Sequence record: MZ956761.1
DNA: 64,000 nt
Strand: one strand, 5' to 3'
Source: a phage
The position numbers and the translations under genes are program-made. The notes beneath the pieces were generated by a model, which saw nothing but the letters and a program-made list of their open reading frames with translations, made no database searches and had not been told where the DNA came from. Positions 45,586-55,695 of this stretch are shown here, in pieces; the first letter of the stretch is position 1, and each line of letters opens with the position of its first letter.

Positions 45586-47763
45586 ATGATTATCACCACT
45601 GAAAAAGAAACAATTCTTGGTAATGGTTCTAAATCAAAAGCATTTAGCATCGCAGCAAATCCTAAAGTATTTAAAATTCTATCATCTGATTTGTATACAA
45701 ACAAGATTCGCGCAGTAGTCCGTGAATTGATTACTAACATGATTGATGCCCATGCACTTAATGGAAATCCTGAAAAATTTATCATACAAGTTCCTGGACG
45801 TTTAGACCCACGATTTGTTTGTCGAGATTTTGGTCCGGGTATGAGTGATTTTGATATTCAGGGTGATGATAATTCTCCTGGACTGTATAATTCATACTTC
45901 AGTTCATCTAAGGCTGAATCTAACGATTTCATTGGCGGATTTGGTTTAGGTTCTAAATCTCCATTTAGTTATACTGATACGTTTAGTATTACTTCGTATC
46001 ATAAAGGTGAAATTCGTGGTTATGTAGCTTACATGGATGGTGATGGCCCACAGATTAAACCTACATTCGTAAAAGAAATGGGTCCAGATGATAAAACTGG
46101 TATTGAAATCGTAGTTCCAGTTGAAGAAAAAGACTTTAGAAACTTTGCTTATGAAGTTTCTTATATCATGCGACCGTTCAAAGATTTGGCTATCATTAAT
46201 GGTCTTGACCGCGAAATTGATTATTTTCCGGATTTTGATGATTATTATGGCGTAAATCCAGAAAGATACTGGCCAGATCGTGGTGGATTATATGCTATCT
46301 ATGGCGGTATTGTTTATCCTATCGATGGTGTTATTAGAGACCGTAACTGGTTAAGCATTCGCAATGAAGTGAATTACATTAAGTTTCCAATGGGTTCACT
46401 TGATATTGCTCCATCTCGCGAGGCTCTTTCACTGGATGATCGTACTCGTAAAAATATTATTGAGCGTGTTAAAGAGCTTAGTGAGAAGGCATTCAATGAA
46501 GATGTAAAACGATTTAAAGAATCCACATCTCCCCGTCATACATATCGTGAATTGATGAAGATGGGATATTCTGCTCGAGATTATATGATTAGTAATTCAG
46601 TCAAATTTACGACTAAAAATCTGTCATATAAGAAGATGCAAAGCATGTTTGAACCTGATAGTAAGTTATGTAATGCAGGAGTTGTGTATGAAGTAAATCT
46701 TGACCCTCGACTGAAGCGCATTAAGCAAAGTCATGAAACTTCAGCCGTTGCATCAAGTTATCGTCTGTTTGGTATTAATGCAACAAAGATTAATATCGTT
46801 ATTGATAATATTAAAAATCGTGTTAATATTGTCCGTGGATTAGCACATGCGTTAGATGATAGTGAATTTAATAACACTTTGAATATTCATCACAACGAAC
46901 GCCTTCTGTTTATTAATCCAGAAGTAGAATCGCAGATTGATTTGCTTCCTGATATTATGGCGATGTTTGAAAGTGATGAAGTTAACATTCATTATTTGTC
47001 AGAAATTGAAGCTTTAGTTAAAAGCTATATTCCAAAGGTAGTTAAAAGTAAAGCTCCTCGTCCTAAAGCTGCTACAGCATTTAAGTTTGAAATTAAAGAC
47101 GGGCGCTGGGAAAAAGAGGAATTATTTACGCTCACATCAGAAGCAGATGAAATTACTGGGTATGTAGCGTATATGCATCGTTCTGATATTTTCTCTATGG
47201 ATGGTACTACATCTCTTTGTCATCCATCTATGAATATTTTGATTCGTATGGCTAATCTTATTGGCATTAATGAATTTTATGTTATTCGTCCGCTTTTGCA
47301 GAAAAAGGTAAAAGAACTCGGTCAGTGCCAATGTATTTTTGAAACTCTGCGTGATTTATATGTAGATGCTTTTGATGATGTAGATTATGATAAGTATGTA
47401 GGTTATTCAAGTTCAGCTCAACGATATATTGATAAAATTATCAAGTATCCTGAACTAGATTTTATGATGAAGTACTTCAGTACAGATGAAGTTTCTGAAG
47501 AATATACACGACTCGCTAATATAGTTAGTTCATTGCGCGGCGTATATTTTAATGGTGGAAAAGATACCATCGGTCATGACATCTGGACAGTAACTAATCT
47601 TTTTGATGTATTATCAAATAATGCTTCAAAAAACAGTGATAAAATGGTTGCTGAGTTTACCAAGAAATTCCGTATTGTTTCCGACTTCATCGGATATCGC
47701 AACTCTTTAAGCGATGATGAAGTTTCCCAAATCGCTAAAACTATGAAGGCCCTTGCGGCCTAA
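45586..47763 (+). CDS. rIIA: rIIA protein (GHKL-ATPase-like N-terminus)
   Basis: 725 aa, identical in length to T4 rIIA; directly followed by a 312-aa ORF. Confidence 0.85.
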   Translation: MIITTEKETILGNGSKSKAFSIAANPKVFKILSSDLYTNKIRAVVRELITNMIDAHALNGNPEKFIIQVPGRLDPRFVCRDFGPGMSDFDIQGDDNSPGLYNSYFSSSKAESNDFIGGFGLGSKSPFSYTDTFSITSYHKGEIRGYVAYMDGDGPQIKPTFVKEMGPDDKTGIEIVVPVEEKDFRNFAYEVSYIMRPFKDLAIINGLDREIDYFPDFDDYYGVNPERYWPDRGGLYAIYGGIVYPIDGVIRDRNWLSIRNEVNYIKFPMGSLDIAPSREALSLDDRTRKNIIERVKELSEKAFNEDVKRFKESTSPRHTYRELMKMGYSARDYMISNSVKFTTKNLSYKKMQSMFEPDSKLCNAGVVYEVNLDPRLKRIKQSHETSAVASSYRLFGINATKINIVIDNIKNRVNIVRGLAHALDDSEFNNTLNIHHNERLLFINPEVESQIDLLPDIMAMFESDEVNIHYLSEIEALVKSYIPKVVKSKAPRPKAATAFKFEIKDGRWEKEELFTLTSEADEITGYVAYMHRSDIFSMDGTTSLCHPSMNILIRMANLIGINEFYVIRPLLQKKVKELGQCQCIFETLRDLYVDAFDDVDYDKYVGYSSSAQRYIDKIIKYPELDFMMKYFSTDEVSEEYTRLANIVSSLRGVYFNGGKDTIGHDIWTVTNLFDVLSNNASKNSDKMVAEFTKKFRIVSDFIGYRNSLSDDEVSQIAKTMKALAA

Positions 47764-47774
47764 TAAGGAAAATT

Positions 47775-48713
47775 ATGTACAATATTAAATGCCTGACCAA
47801 AAACGAACAAGCTGAAATTGTTAAACTGTATTCAAGTGGTAATTACACCCAACAGGAATTGGCTTATTGGAAGGATGTATCGGTTGATACAATCCGTCGT
47901 GTTTTGAAAAATGCTGAAGAAGCTAAACGCCCTAAAGTTACTATTAGCGGTGATATTACAGTTAAAGTTAATAGCGATGCAGTTATTGCTCCAGTTGCTA
48001 AATCTGACATTATTTGGAATGCATCTAAAAAATTCATTTCAATTACTGTTGACGGTGTAACTTATAACGCAACTCCTAATACTCATTCAAACTTCCAGGA
48101 AATTCTTAATCTGCTTGTAGCAGATAAGTTGGAAGAAGCGGCACAAAAAATTAATGTTCGTCGCGCTGTTGAAAAATATATTTCCGGCGATGTTCGAATT
48201 GAAGGCGGAAGCTTGTTCTATCAAAATATCGAATTACGGTCTGGTTTAGTTGATCGTATTCTCGATTCGATGGAAAAAGGTGAAAACTTTGAATTTTATT
48301 TTCCGTTCTTGGAAAATCTGCTGGAAAACCCAAGCCAGAAAGCGGTATCTCGACTCTTTGATTTCTTGGTAGCAAACGATATTGAAATTACAGAAGATGG
48401 TTACTTCTATGCTTGGAAAGTAGTTCGTGACAACTACTTTGACTGTCACTCAAACACCTTTGATAACAGTCCTGGTAAAGTAGTTAAAATGCCGCGTACT
48501 CGTGTGAATGACGATGATACACAAACTTGTTCTCGTGGTCTGCATGTGTGTTCTAAATCTTATATTCGTCACTTTGGCAGTTCAACCAGCCGAGTTGTAA
48601 AAGTTAAAGTACATCCACGTGATGTAGTATCAATTCCGATTGATTACAACGATGCTAAAATGCGTACCTGCCAATACGAAGTAGTTGAAGACGTTACTGA
48701 ACAATTTAAATAA
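47775..48713 (+). CDS. rIIB: rIIB protein
   Basis: 312 aa, same as T4 rIIB; synteny. Confidence 0.85.
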   Translation: MYNIKCLTKNEQAEIVKLYSSGNYTQQELAYWKDVSVDTIRRVLKNAEEAKRPKVTISGDITVKVNSDAVIAPVAKSDIIWNASKKFISITVDGVTYNATPNTHSNFQEILNLLVADKLEEAAQKINVRRAVEKYISGDVRIEGGSLFYQNIELRSGLVDRILDSMEKGENFEFYFPFLENLLENPSQKAVSRLFDFLVANDIEITEDGYFYAWKVVRDNYFDCHSNTFDNSPGKVVKMPRTRVNDDDTQTCSRGLHVCSKSYIRHFGSSTSRVVKVKVHPRDVVSIPIDYNDAKMRTCQYEVVEDVTEQFK

Positions 48714-48726
48714 GGGCTTCGGCCCT
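48711..48726 (+). terminator. UUCG-loop hairpin after rIIB
   Basis: AAGGGC-TTCG-GCCCTT. Confidence 0.55.
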
Positions 48727-48745
48727 TATCATATTAAGGAAAATT

Positions 48746-48940
48746 ATGTTAGGTTATCAAGCACGAGTAAAAGAAGAATACGATCAATTAATGCTCAAAA
48801 TTAATGCACTGAGCAAATTTTTAGAAAGCACAAAGTTTCTAACGGTTAGTGCAGTTGAGCAAGAACTGCTGCTTTCACAGTTCATCTCAATGAAATCTTA
48901 TGCTGAGTGTCTAGAGAAAAGAATCGCACAATTCAAATAA
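48746..48940 (+). CDS. hypothetical protein (64 aa)
   Basis: ORF bracketed by two near-identical hairpins. Confidence 0.45.
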   Translation: MLGYQARVKEEYDQLMLKINALSKFLESTKFLTVSAVEQELLLSQFISMKSYAECLEKRIAQFK

Positions 48941-48944
48941 AATA

Positions 48945-48967
48945 AGGGCTTCGGCCCTTTTGTTTTA
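48945..48967 (+). terminator. intrinsic terminator
   Basis: AAGGGC-TTCG-GCCCTT-TTGTTTT. Confidence 0.6.
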
Positions 48968-49003
48968 AGAGAAATTATGATTCCGACATAAAGGAAAGTT
49001 TAA

Positions 49004-49561
49004 ATGCAGAAAACGAATCCGGGTTTGCAGAGACTATTTCAGATTCCGTCATTTACCCTATCGAACAGTGACTTGACTAGTGAAATGAAGGCCAAAATTG
49101 CTGATACTGCAAGATATTCTTTAAAGCAAAATCCAAATCAGGATAAGGCAGAAGTTATCGAAAGATGCCGTATCGCTGTGTACGCAGAGTTTTTTGTGGC
49201 AGATTGGCTGAGCGGATATGTCAATAAAGGCCAAGAAGATGTCGATGATCCGTACACATATGCATGGGATGTTTTAGCACATCCAAAATACTGCGGGCTT
49301 CGTGTAGAAGTTAAGACACATCAAACTGACTCACGTTGGATTTCGGTGACAACAGGATGCAGCGGAGAGTATCCATATGGTTCTGGAATAAATCTAGGGC
49401 CCATTCTAAATCATCAAGTCGCTGACTGTATAATTATATTCAACACTAAAGAAATTCATCCAGGTGTCATCCAGTACACTCCGAAGTTCATCGGTGACAG
49501 AGAAGACCTTCGTAAAGTTGTAAGAAAAAGCAACTACAACGGATGGTATCTTTCCATTTAA
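49004..49561 (+). CDS. denB: endonuclease IV (DenB) by size and position
   Basis: 185 aa, adjacent to rIIB as in T4. Confidence 0.6.
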   Translation: MQKTNPGLQRLFQIPSFTLSNSDLTSEMKAKIADTARYSLKQNPNQDKAEVIERCRIAVYAEFFVADWLSGYVNKGQEDVDDPYTYAWDVLAHPKYCGLRVEVKTHQTDSRWISVTTGCSGEYPYGSGINLGPILNHQVADCIIIFNTKEIHPGVIQYTPKFIGDREDLRKVVRKSNYNGWYLSI

Positions 49562-49577
49562 AAAATTTCACAAAATG

Positions 49578-49608
49578 GTTTACATACCACAAGGACCGTG
49601 GTACTATA
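49578..49608 (+). promoter_or_regulatory. T4-type early promoter with conserved leader
   Basis: GTTTAC 49578-49583, TACTAT 49603-49608; leader identical to 22401-22445. Confidence 0.6.
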
Positions 49609-49641
49609 CAACTATCAACTAATACGGATTTGGAGAATAAA

Positions 49642-49848
49642 ATGTTTACTACAGCTGAATTAAAACGAGCAAAAGCTAAGAAAGGGCAAGGGAAATATAA
49701 AGCTGAACTAGTTAAAGAACTTCAATTTGCTGAGGCTGAGTTGAATTCGATGATTATTCAAAATGCTCCAGAAACTGAAATTGCTCTTAAACGTATTGCG
49801 AATAAGTGTCTTCGTGATGCAATCGTTGATCTTTTAGCGGATTATTGA
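49642..49848 (+). CDS. hypothetical protein (68 aa)
   Basis: ATG 49642 with GGAG RBS. Confidence 0.45.
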   Translation: MFTTAELKRAKAKKGQGKYKAELVKELQFAEAELNSMIIQNAPETEIALKRIANKCLRDAIVDLLADY

Positions 49849-50117
49849 GTAAAATGAAATTTAAATTTTATTATGCTAAGCATAAAATAACTGATGAGTT
49901 TGTGTCAGTTGAATATTCTAGCGATGATGAAGGTATGATTTATACTCGCTTAGGATTATCGCATTGGGAGTCTGATCAGCCTTATTTTTCAACTCCTGAA
50001 GAAATTACACGCTTAGTTAATGGTCATATGAATGATCACTGGAATGTAATTCTTTCAGATAGTCTTAAAGCGGCTATTAATAGTAATGAAATGAAAATCG
50101 CTGAGATTGAACTATGA
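49845..50117 (+). CDS. hypothetical protein (90 aa)
   Basis: ATGA-coupled ORF. Confidence 0.45.
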   Translation: MSKMKFKFYYAKHKITDEFVSVEYSSDDEGMIYTRLGLSHWESDQPYFSTPEEITRLVNGHMNDHWNVILSDSLKAAINSNEMKIAEIEL

Positions 50118-50200
50118 GTTCATTATGGTGGTGTTTTGTTTGGTTAATTAGTATTCCATTAATTTGTTTAACATTTACTTTTGTAATGAGGTTATTATGA
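50114..50200 (+). CDS. candidate hydrophobic micro-protein (28 aa)
   Basis: ATGA-coupled; single TM-like segment; speculative. Confidence 0.25.
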   Translation: MSSLWWCFVWLISIPLICLTFTFVMRLL

Positions 50201-50295
50201 AAATTTTGAATTCTGTGCTTATTGCTTGTGCGTGGTGGGTTGCGCAAGTTTCAGCGGTAGTAGTTGGTATTCACATTTATTACGAATATTTTTAA
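50197..50295 (+). CDS. candidate hydrophobic micro-protein (32 aa)
   Basis: ATGA-coupled; TM-like; speculative. Confidence 0.25.
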   Translation: MKILNSVLIACAWWVAQVSAVVVGIHIYYEYF

Positions 50296-50302
50296 AAAAG
50301 TT

Positions 50303-50332
50303 GTTTACAAGACTGTTCCTCTGTGGTATTAT
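50303..50332 (+). promoter_or_regulatory. T4-type early promoter
   Basis: GTTTAC 50303-50308, TATTAT 50327-50332; first 16 nt identical to promoter 22379. Confidence 0.55.
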
Positions 50333-50360
50333 TACCCTATCAACTACGGAGGAACAGAAA

Positions 50361-50474
50361 ATGAAAAAGATTGTTAAAGCTATATGGAATGTAGTTATAA
50401 TACTAGTAGTTTTGAGTATATTCCCAATCGTTTTAATGATTGATGTATTAAACGCTTACTTTGGATTTATGTGA
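50361..50474 (+). CDS. candidate hydrophobic micro-protein (37 aa)
   Basis: ATG with GGAGG RBS; TM-like. Confidence 0.3.
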   Translation: MKKIVKAIWNVVIILVVLSIFPIVLMIDVLNAYFGFM

Positions 50475-50481
50475 GGAAAAT

Positions 50482-50679
50482 ATGAAGCGTAAACGCGGTG
50501 CTTTTACATTTATTGAATGGTTTTTCGATAATATTTTTCCAGCTTTATTCATTTTCATGCTGATTTTCGCCTTAGGTTCAGTTGTAGTTGGAATCTATTT
50601 GATGGCAGTTGTCGGAATGGACATTCATCAAAATGGCTTAAAATCTGTAGTTGAAACAATTTGGAATGGTGTAAAATGA
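50482..50679 (+). CDS. hypothetical membrane protein (65 aa)
   Basis: ATG 50482 with GAGGA RBS; two hydrophobic segments. Confidence 0.4.
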   Translation: MKRKRGAFTFIEWFFDNIFPALFIFMLIFALGSVVVGIYLMAVVGMDIHQNGLKSVVETIWNGVK

Positions 50680-50786
50680 TGAATTTGCTGAGTGGTTGGT
50701 TTTATATTCTCATGTTTTACATTGGTGCAAATTTCCCATATTGGATGGGATGGTCAACAACTGCATTCGGATTTTATACTCCTTGA
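50676..50786 (+). CDS. candidate hydrophobic micro-protein (36 aa)
   Basis: ATGA-coupled; speculative. Confidence 0.25.
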   Translation: MMNLLSGWFYILMFYIGANFPYWMGWSTTAFGFYTP

Positions 50787-50794
50787 GGTGAATT

Positions 50795-51010
50795 ATGAAA
50801 ATCTTTAAAGATGTAAAAGTTGGTGAAATTTTCTGTTTAGATAACGGTGATCAGTTAATTCGTATTTCACCTCTTAAGAGCACTAGCGAGAAACCGACAG
50901 TTAATGCTACTTTAGCAAATAACAGTAATGAACGTTTCTGTATTGAAAATGATACTGAAACTTATACCGTAGAAGAGTTTTGGAAATTGAGCGTCGACTG
51001 CGACGATTAA
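50795..51010 (+). CDS. hypothetical protein (71 aa)
   Basis: ORF with GAGG RBS. Confidence 0.45.
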   Translation: MKIFKDVKVGEIFCLDNGDQLIRISPLKSTSEKPTVNATLANNSNERFCIENDTETYTVEEFWKLSVDCDD

Positions 51011-51070
51011 TTTATCGGCCGTGTGTATTCATGCGGCCTTGGAGTAGAAAATAATTTAGAGGAAATTAAT

Positions 51071-51529
51071 ATGAAATATATGACTGTTACTGATCTGAAT
51101 GATGCAGGTGCTACTGTTATTGGTACAATCAAGGGTGGTGAGTGGTTTTTGGGAACTCCGCACAAAGACATTTTGTCTAAACCTGGATTTTACTTTTTAG
51201 TAAGTAAATTAGATGGTCGTCCATTTAGTAATCCATGTGTGTCTGCACGATTTTATGTAGGTAATCAGCGTTCTAAGCAAGGATTCAGTGCAGTTCTAAG
51301 TCATATTCGTCAACGTCGGTCTCAGCTTGCACGTACTATTGCAAATAACAATATGGTATACACGGTGTTTTATCTGCCTGCTTCTAAGATGAAACCTCTG
51401 ACGACGGGATTTGGAAAAGGTCAGTTAGCTTTGGCGTTTACTCGTAATCATCATTCTGAGTATCAAACACTTGAAGAAATGAACCGTATGTTGGCTGATA
51501 ACTTTAAATTTGTTTTGCAGGCATATTAA
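51071..51529 (+). CDS. ndd: nucleoid disruption protein Ndd (by size and position)
   Basis: 152 aa from ATG 51071; immediately upstream of stp. Confidence 0.55.
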
Positions 51530-51609
51530 TGAGTAATTTCCATAACGAACATGTGATGCAGTTCTATCGTAACAATCTTAAAACCAAAGGCGTCTTCGGA
51601 CGCCAGTGA
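51529..51609 (+). CDS. stp: Stp peptide (activator of host PrrC anticodon nuclease)
   Basis: 26-aa [29 protein letters not shown], as I recall T4 Stp. Confidence 0.75.
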
Positions 51610-51616
51610 GGAAAAT

Positions 51617-51772
51617 ATGAAATTTGTTCACGGTATAGCCTTTTTCTGTTGGTTCTTTTTATGCATCGGAACAGTAATAACTGGAGAAACTTCAGTATTT
51701 TTGCAAGCATCAGCTCAGGGCGTATTAGCGATTTTATCATTATTCGCGTACATTGGTTCTAAAAATAGTTGA
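51617..51772 (+). CDS. ac: small membrane protein Ac (by size and position)
   Basis: 51 aa, hydrophobic, GAGGA RBS. Confidence 0.5.
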   Translation: MKFVHGIAFFCWFFLCIGTVITGETSVFLQASAQGVLAILSLFAYIGSKNS

Positions 51773-51782
51773 GGAGAATATT

Positions 51783-51941
51783 ATGAATATCGCAAAATTA
51801 TTAGGAGTTATTTCATTTATTTGTTGGATAGTAGCATGTGTTTTAACTATCTGTATCGATGCTAGCAGTGTGTTTTCACAAGCTTTAGCNCAGGGTATGT
51901 GTNNATATTTNANNTTTGTGTTGTTATCTNCTAATGNTTAA
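51783..51941 (+). CDS. hypothetical membrane protein, 3' end obscured by N run
   Basis: ATG 51783 with GAGGAG RBS; stop position uncertain. Confidence 0.25.
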   Translation: MNIAKLLGVISFICWIVACVLTICIDASSVFSQALXQGMCXYXXFVLLSXNX

Positions 51942-52041
51942 GAAAATCTTNGGCTANTCANTANCCCNTGCTACTTTANTGGTAGCACTANANTANGGAG
52001 TAANGNTCNGANTAANTCAAGTCGTGCNTTTCATTTCNGAN
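51890..52041. other. run of ambiguous bases (N) upstream of gene 52
   Basis: Scattered N characters. Confidence 0.95.
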
Positions 52042-52078
52042 GTTATTATGGCACTACATTCACTAGTATGGTAAATTT

Positions 52079-53407
52079 ATGCAACTGAATAATCGCGATT
52101 TAAAAAGTATCATTGATAATGAAGCATTGGCTTATGCTATGTACACGGTTGAAAATCGTGCTATTCCAAATATGATTGATGGATTTAAGCCAGTTCAACG
52201 ATTTGTTATTGCTCGAGCTCTTGATTTGGCACGAGGAAATAAAGATAAGTTTCACAAACTCGCTTCTATCGCAGGTGGTGTAGCGGACCTTGGATATCAC
52301 CATGGCGAAAACTCTGCACAAGACGCAGGTGCTTTGATGGCTAACACTTGGAATAATAACTTTCCTCTGTTAGATGGTCAAGGAAACTTTGGTTCTCGTA
52401 CCGTTCAAAAAGCAGCAGCAAGTCGTTATATTTTTGCTCGTGTAAGTAAAAATTTCTATAACGTATATAAAGATACTGAATATGCTCCGGTACATCAAGA
52501 TAAAGAACACATTCCGCCTGCTTTTTATTTGCCTATTATTCCTACTGTTCTTCTTAATGGTGTTTCCGGTATTGCAACTGGTTATGCAACTTACATTCTT
52601 CCTCATAGTGTTTCTTCTGTCAAGAAAGCTGTACTGCAAGCTCTTCAAGGAAAGAAAGTAACTAAACCGAAGGTAGAATTCCCAGAATTTCGTGGTGAAG
52701 TCGTTGAAATTGATGGGCAGTATGAAATTCGTGGAACATATAAGTTTACTTCACGAACTCAAATGCATATCACTGAGATTCCATATAAGTATGATCGTGA
52801 AACTTATGTGAGTAAAATCTTAGACCCACTTGAAGATAAAGGCTTCATTACATGGGATGATGCTTGCGGTGAGCACGGTTTTGGATTCAAAGTTAAATTC
52901 CGTAAAGAATATTCTTTGAGCGATAATGAAGAAGAACGCCATGCAAAAATTATGAAAGACTTCGGGTTGATTGAGCGTCGTTCTCAGAATATTACCGTCA
53001 TTAATGAGAAAGGAAAGCTGCAAGTTTACGATAACGTAGTTGATTTAATTAAAGACTTCGTTGAAGTTCGTAAAACTTATGTCCAAAAACGAATTGATAA
53101 CAAAATTAAAGAAACTGAGTCAGCCTTTCGTTTAGCCTTTGCCAAGGCACATTTCATTAAGAAAGTAATTTCAGGTGAAATTGTTGTACAGGGTAAAACT
53201 CGTAAAGAACTGACCGAAGAACTTTCGAAAATCGATATGTATTCTTCTTATGTTGATAAACTAGTTGGAATGAATATTTTTCATATGACTTCCGACGAAG
53301 CAAAGAAACTTGCTGAAGAAGCTAAAGCTAAAAAAGAAGAAAACGAATATTGGAAAACTACTGATGTAGTTACCGAATACACCAAAGATTTAGAGGAAAT
53401 CAAATGA
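52079..53407 (+). CDS. 52: topoisomerase II medium subunit gp52 (GyrA-like)
   Basis: 442 aa; GyrA-type N-terminal region. Confidence 0.9.
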   Translation: MQLNNRDLKSIIDNEALAYAMYTVENRAIPNMIDGFKPVQRFVIARALDLARGNKDKFHKLASIAGGVADLGYHHGENSAQDAGALMANTWNNNFPLLDGQGNFGSRTVQKAAASRYIFARVSKNFYNVYKDTEYAPVHQDKEHIPPAFYLPIIPTVLLNGVSGIATGYATYILPHSVSSVKKAVLQALQGKKVTKPKVEFPEFRGEVVEIDGQYEIRGTYKFTSRTQMHITEIPYKYDRETYVSKILDPLEDKGFITWDDACGEHGFGFKVKFRKEYSLSDNEEERHAKIMKDFGLIERRSQNITVINEKGKLQVYDNVVDLIKDFVEVRKTYVQKRIDNKIKETESAFRLAFAKAHFIKKVISGEIVVQGKTRKELTEELSKIDMYSSYVDKLVGMNIFHMTSDEAKKLAEEAKAKKEENEYWKTTDVVTEYTKDLEEIK

Positions 53408-53553
53408 GTCCATTCATTGGTATTACAAGCGCCGCATTAGTATCCGGTGGCATTTTACTGGCGGGTTTAGGTGTTGTTCCTGCCGTAGCAGGAGGTCTTC
53501 TTGCATTCGGAATTCAACGTGTTATCATGACAGTTATCACAGTCATGCAGTAA
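53404..53553 (+). CDS. hypothetical small membrane protein (49 aa)
   Basis: ATGA-coupled to gene 52; Gly/Ala-rich hydrophobic. Confidence 0.35.
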   Translation: MSPFIGITSAALVSGGILLAGLGVVPAVAGGLLAFGIQRVIMTVITVMQ

Positions 53554-53557
53554 TTTT

Positions 53558-53590
53558 AGGGAGAGCCTCGGCTCTCCCTTTTTTATTTCA
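53558..53590 (+). terminator. intrinsic terminator
   Basis: GGGAGAGCC-TCG-GCTCTCCC-TTTTTTATTT. Confidence 0.7.
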
Positions 53591-53609
53591 AAAATTTTTT
53601 CACAAAACG

Positions 53610-53639
53610 GTTTACAACCAAAGCATACTGTGGTACTAT
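53610..53639 (+). promoter_or_regulatory. T4-type early promoter for motA
   Basis: GTTTAC 53610-53615, TACTAT 53634-53639. Confidence 0.6.
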
Positions 53640-53680
53640 ACAACTATCAACTACTGATACAGAATTACGGAGATTAGAAA

Positions 53681-54316
53681 ATGTCTAAAGTAACTTACAT
53701 CATCAAAGCTTCTAACGATGTTCTGAATGAAAAAACTGCTGCGATTTTAATTACCATTGCTAAGAAAGATTTCATTACAGCTGCAGAAGTTCGTGAGGTG
53801 CATCCAGATTTAGGTAACGCAGTAGTTAATAGTAATATTGGGGTATTGATTAAAAAAGGCCTGGTGGAGAAATCTGGTGATGGATTAATCATTACAGGCG
53901 AAGCTCAGGATATTATTTCAAATGCAGCAACTTTATATGCGCAGGAAAATGCTCCTGAACTACTGAAAAAACGAGCAACTCGTAAAGCTCGTGAGATTAC
54001 TTCCGATATGGAAGAAGATAAAGACTTCATGTTAAAACTTTTAGATGAAAATGGATTTGTTCTTAAAAAGGTTGAAACTTACCGCAGTAACTATCTTGCT
54101 ATTTTAGAAAAACGCACTCACGGAATTCGTAATTTTGAAATTAACAACAATGGAAATATGCGAATTTTTGGATACAAAATGATGGAACATCATATTCAGA
54201 AATTTACTGACATCGGAATGTCATGTAAAATCGCTAAAAACGGTAATGTGTATCTTGACATTAAACGCTCGGCAGAAAACATTGAAGCAGTAATCACCGT
54301 AGCATCTGAACTGTGA
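53681..54316 (+). CDS. motA: middle-transcription activator MotA
   Basis: 211 aa; N-terminus MSKVTYIIKASNDVLNEKTAAIL as recalled for T4 MotA. Confidence 0.85.
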   Translation: MSKVTYIIKASNDVLNEKTAAILITIAKKDFITAAEVREVHPDLGNAVVNSNIGVLIKKGLVEKSGDGLIITGEAQDIISNAATLYAQENAPELLKKRATRKAREITSDMEEDKDFMLKLLDENGFVLKKVETYRSNYLAILEKRTHGIRNFEINNNGNMRIFGYKMMEHHIQKFTDIGMSCKIAKNGNVYLDIKRSAENIEAVITVASEL

Positions 54317-54326
54317 GGAATAAATA

Positions 54327-54656
54327 ATGAACAAGTTAGAAATTGTTAATGAACTTCGTCGTTGCGCAGAACCTACTCAAGAGGGTTGGGATATTTGGTA
54401 CCATGGAGCTTATCTTGGAACTATTGTAAAGATTAAGACTGGTAAATACATGATTATTCGTGAAAGTAAAGATGCTCCAGTAGGTATTCGTAATAATTTT
54501 ATGGCAGCGATAAGTTCATTTACTGATGCAGCTTACGAAATTTACCTTGCCGATTATAAAGAATTCCAGGAATCTCAACCAGTTATTCGTTCAATTGGTG
54601 TTAACAAAGCTCAACAGAAAACTTTGTGGCAACGTATTAAAGGATGGTTTAAATGA
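54327..54656 (+). CDS. hypothetical protein (109 aa)
   Basis: ORF. Confidence 0.5.
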   Translation: MNKLEIVNELRRCAEPTQEGWDIWYHGAYLGTIVKIKTGKYMIIRESKDAPVGIRNNFMAAISSFTDAAYEIYLADYKEFQESQPVIRSIGVNKAQQKTLWQRIKGWFK

Positions 54657-55114
54657 ACCCATTTATCAATCGTTTAAAAATGTTGAATGTTCCTTTATCT
54701 CGTGAAACTCCAGAAAGTCTTGTTGAAAAATTTAAAGCACATGGTTATAAATGCACAGAAGAAGATATTCTGAAAGAAGTTCCTGAAATCTGTTGGCAGA
54801 CTGCGTATTGGGATGAAAACCAAAAGTATCAACGACGAATTGTCTGTGCGGCCAACCGTTTTAAATTAAAAGATGGACGAACTCTTATTATTCCAGGTGC
54901 TCGTCATTATTCTAAAGATATGGCAGAAGTTTTAGATGTAGTTAAACCTCAATTAGTTACTCAACAAGTTTGTGATGATGACCAAGGGTTTATTGACCAA
55001 TATAGTAATTATTGGACACGTGAAGAAGCAATGATTATTGCAACTTACGCTGGGCAAGTACGTATTGAACGTGGTGGTAATGAAAAAGAACTTTACTCTG
55101 AGGACCTTTACTAA
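54653..55114 (+). CDS. hypothetical protein (153 aa)
   Basis: ATGA-coupled ORF. Confidence 0.5.
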   Translation: MNPFINRLKMLNVPLSRETPESLVEKFKAHGYKCTEEDILKEVPEICWQTAYWDENQKYQRRIVCAANRFKLKDGRTLIIPGARHYSKDMAEVLDVVKPQLVTQQVCDDDQGFIDQYSNYWTREEAMIIATYAGQVRIERGGNEKELYSEDLY

Positions 55115-55410
55115 TGAATATTAAAAAGTTTCAAATTGATGGAATTATGAATCAAATCCAGGCACTGGAATATGCTAATAAAATGATGTCAACTAATTGG
55201 GGAATTTATACCAATGAGCCGGGATTTAAGTTCTGTGATATGGAATTCGCCAAAAAGCTTGTAGGAAAAGATTATGTATGTCCATTTAGTTCTCCGGTAA
55301 ATGGAATGCTAAAACCTGCTTTACGTGATCTTTATATTGCGATGAACGAAGAGATGATAAAAGAGCTAAAACGTCAACTGAAGGTGATTCAATTTGGCCA
55401 GGGAAATTAA
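55114..55410 (+). CDS. hypothetical protein (98 aa)
   Basis: ORF. Confidence 0.5.
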   Translation: MNIKKFQIDGIMNQIQALEYANKMMSTNWGIYTNEPGFKFCDMEFAKKLVGKDYVCPFSSPVNGMLKPALRDLYIAMNEEMIKELKRQLKVIQFGQGN

Positions 55411-55612
55411 TTCAAAATCTGATTATTTTAATTCTCTTAATGATAAAGATAAAAATCTAATACGGCATTTTATCGTTGAGATGGGATATACTGATACACG
55501 TGATTTAAGAGAACACATATTTGAATGTGGTGTAGCTAAAAAGTTTTCATTCACATGCAAATGCTTGAGAGAGGTAATTCAGCACTATGAACAATTTAGT
55601 CGCAAAGCATAA
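55394..55612 (+). CDS. hypothetical protein (72 aa)
   Basis: ORF overlapping upstream 3' end. Confidence 0.4.
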   Translation: MAREINSKSDYFNSLNDKDKNLIRHFIVEMGYTDTRDLREHIFECGVAKKFSFTCKCLREVIQHYEQFSRKA

Positions 55613-55695
55613 TTTTAATAAAGCTTCTGTTCATAAGGATAAGAAGAAAGCGTTTAAAGAATCTAATCGCAAACAGAAACATAAGGGGAAGGTCT

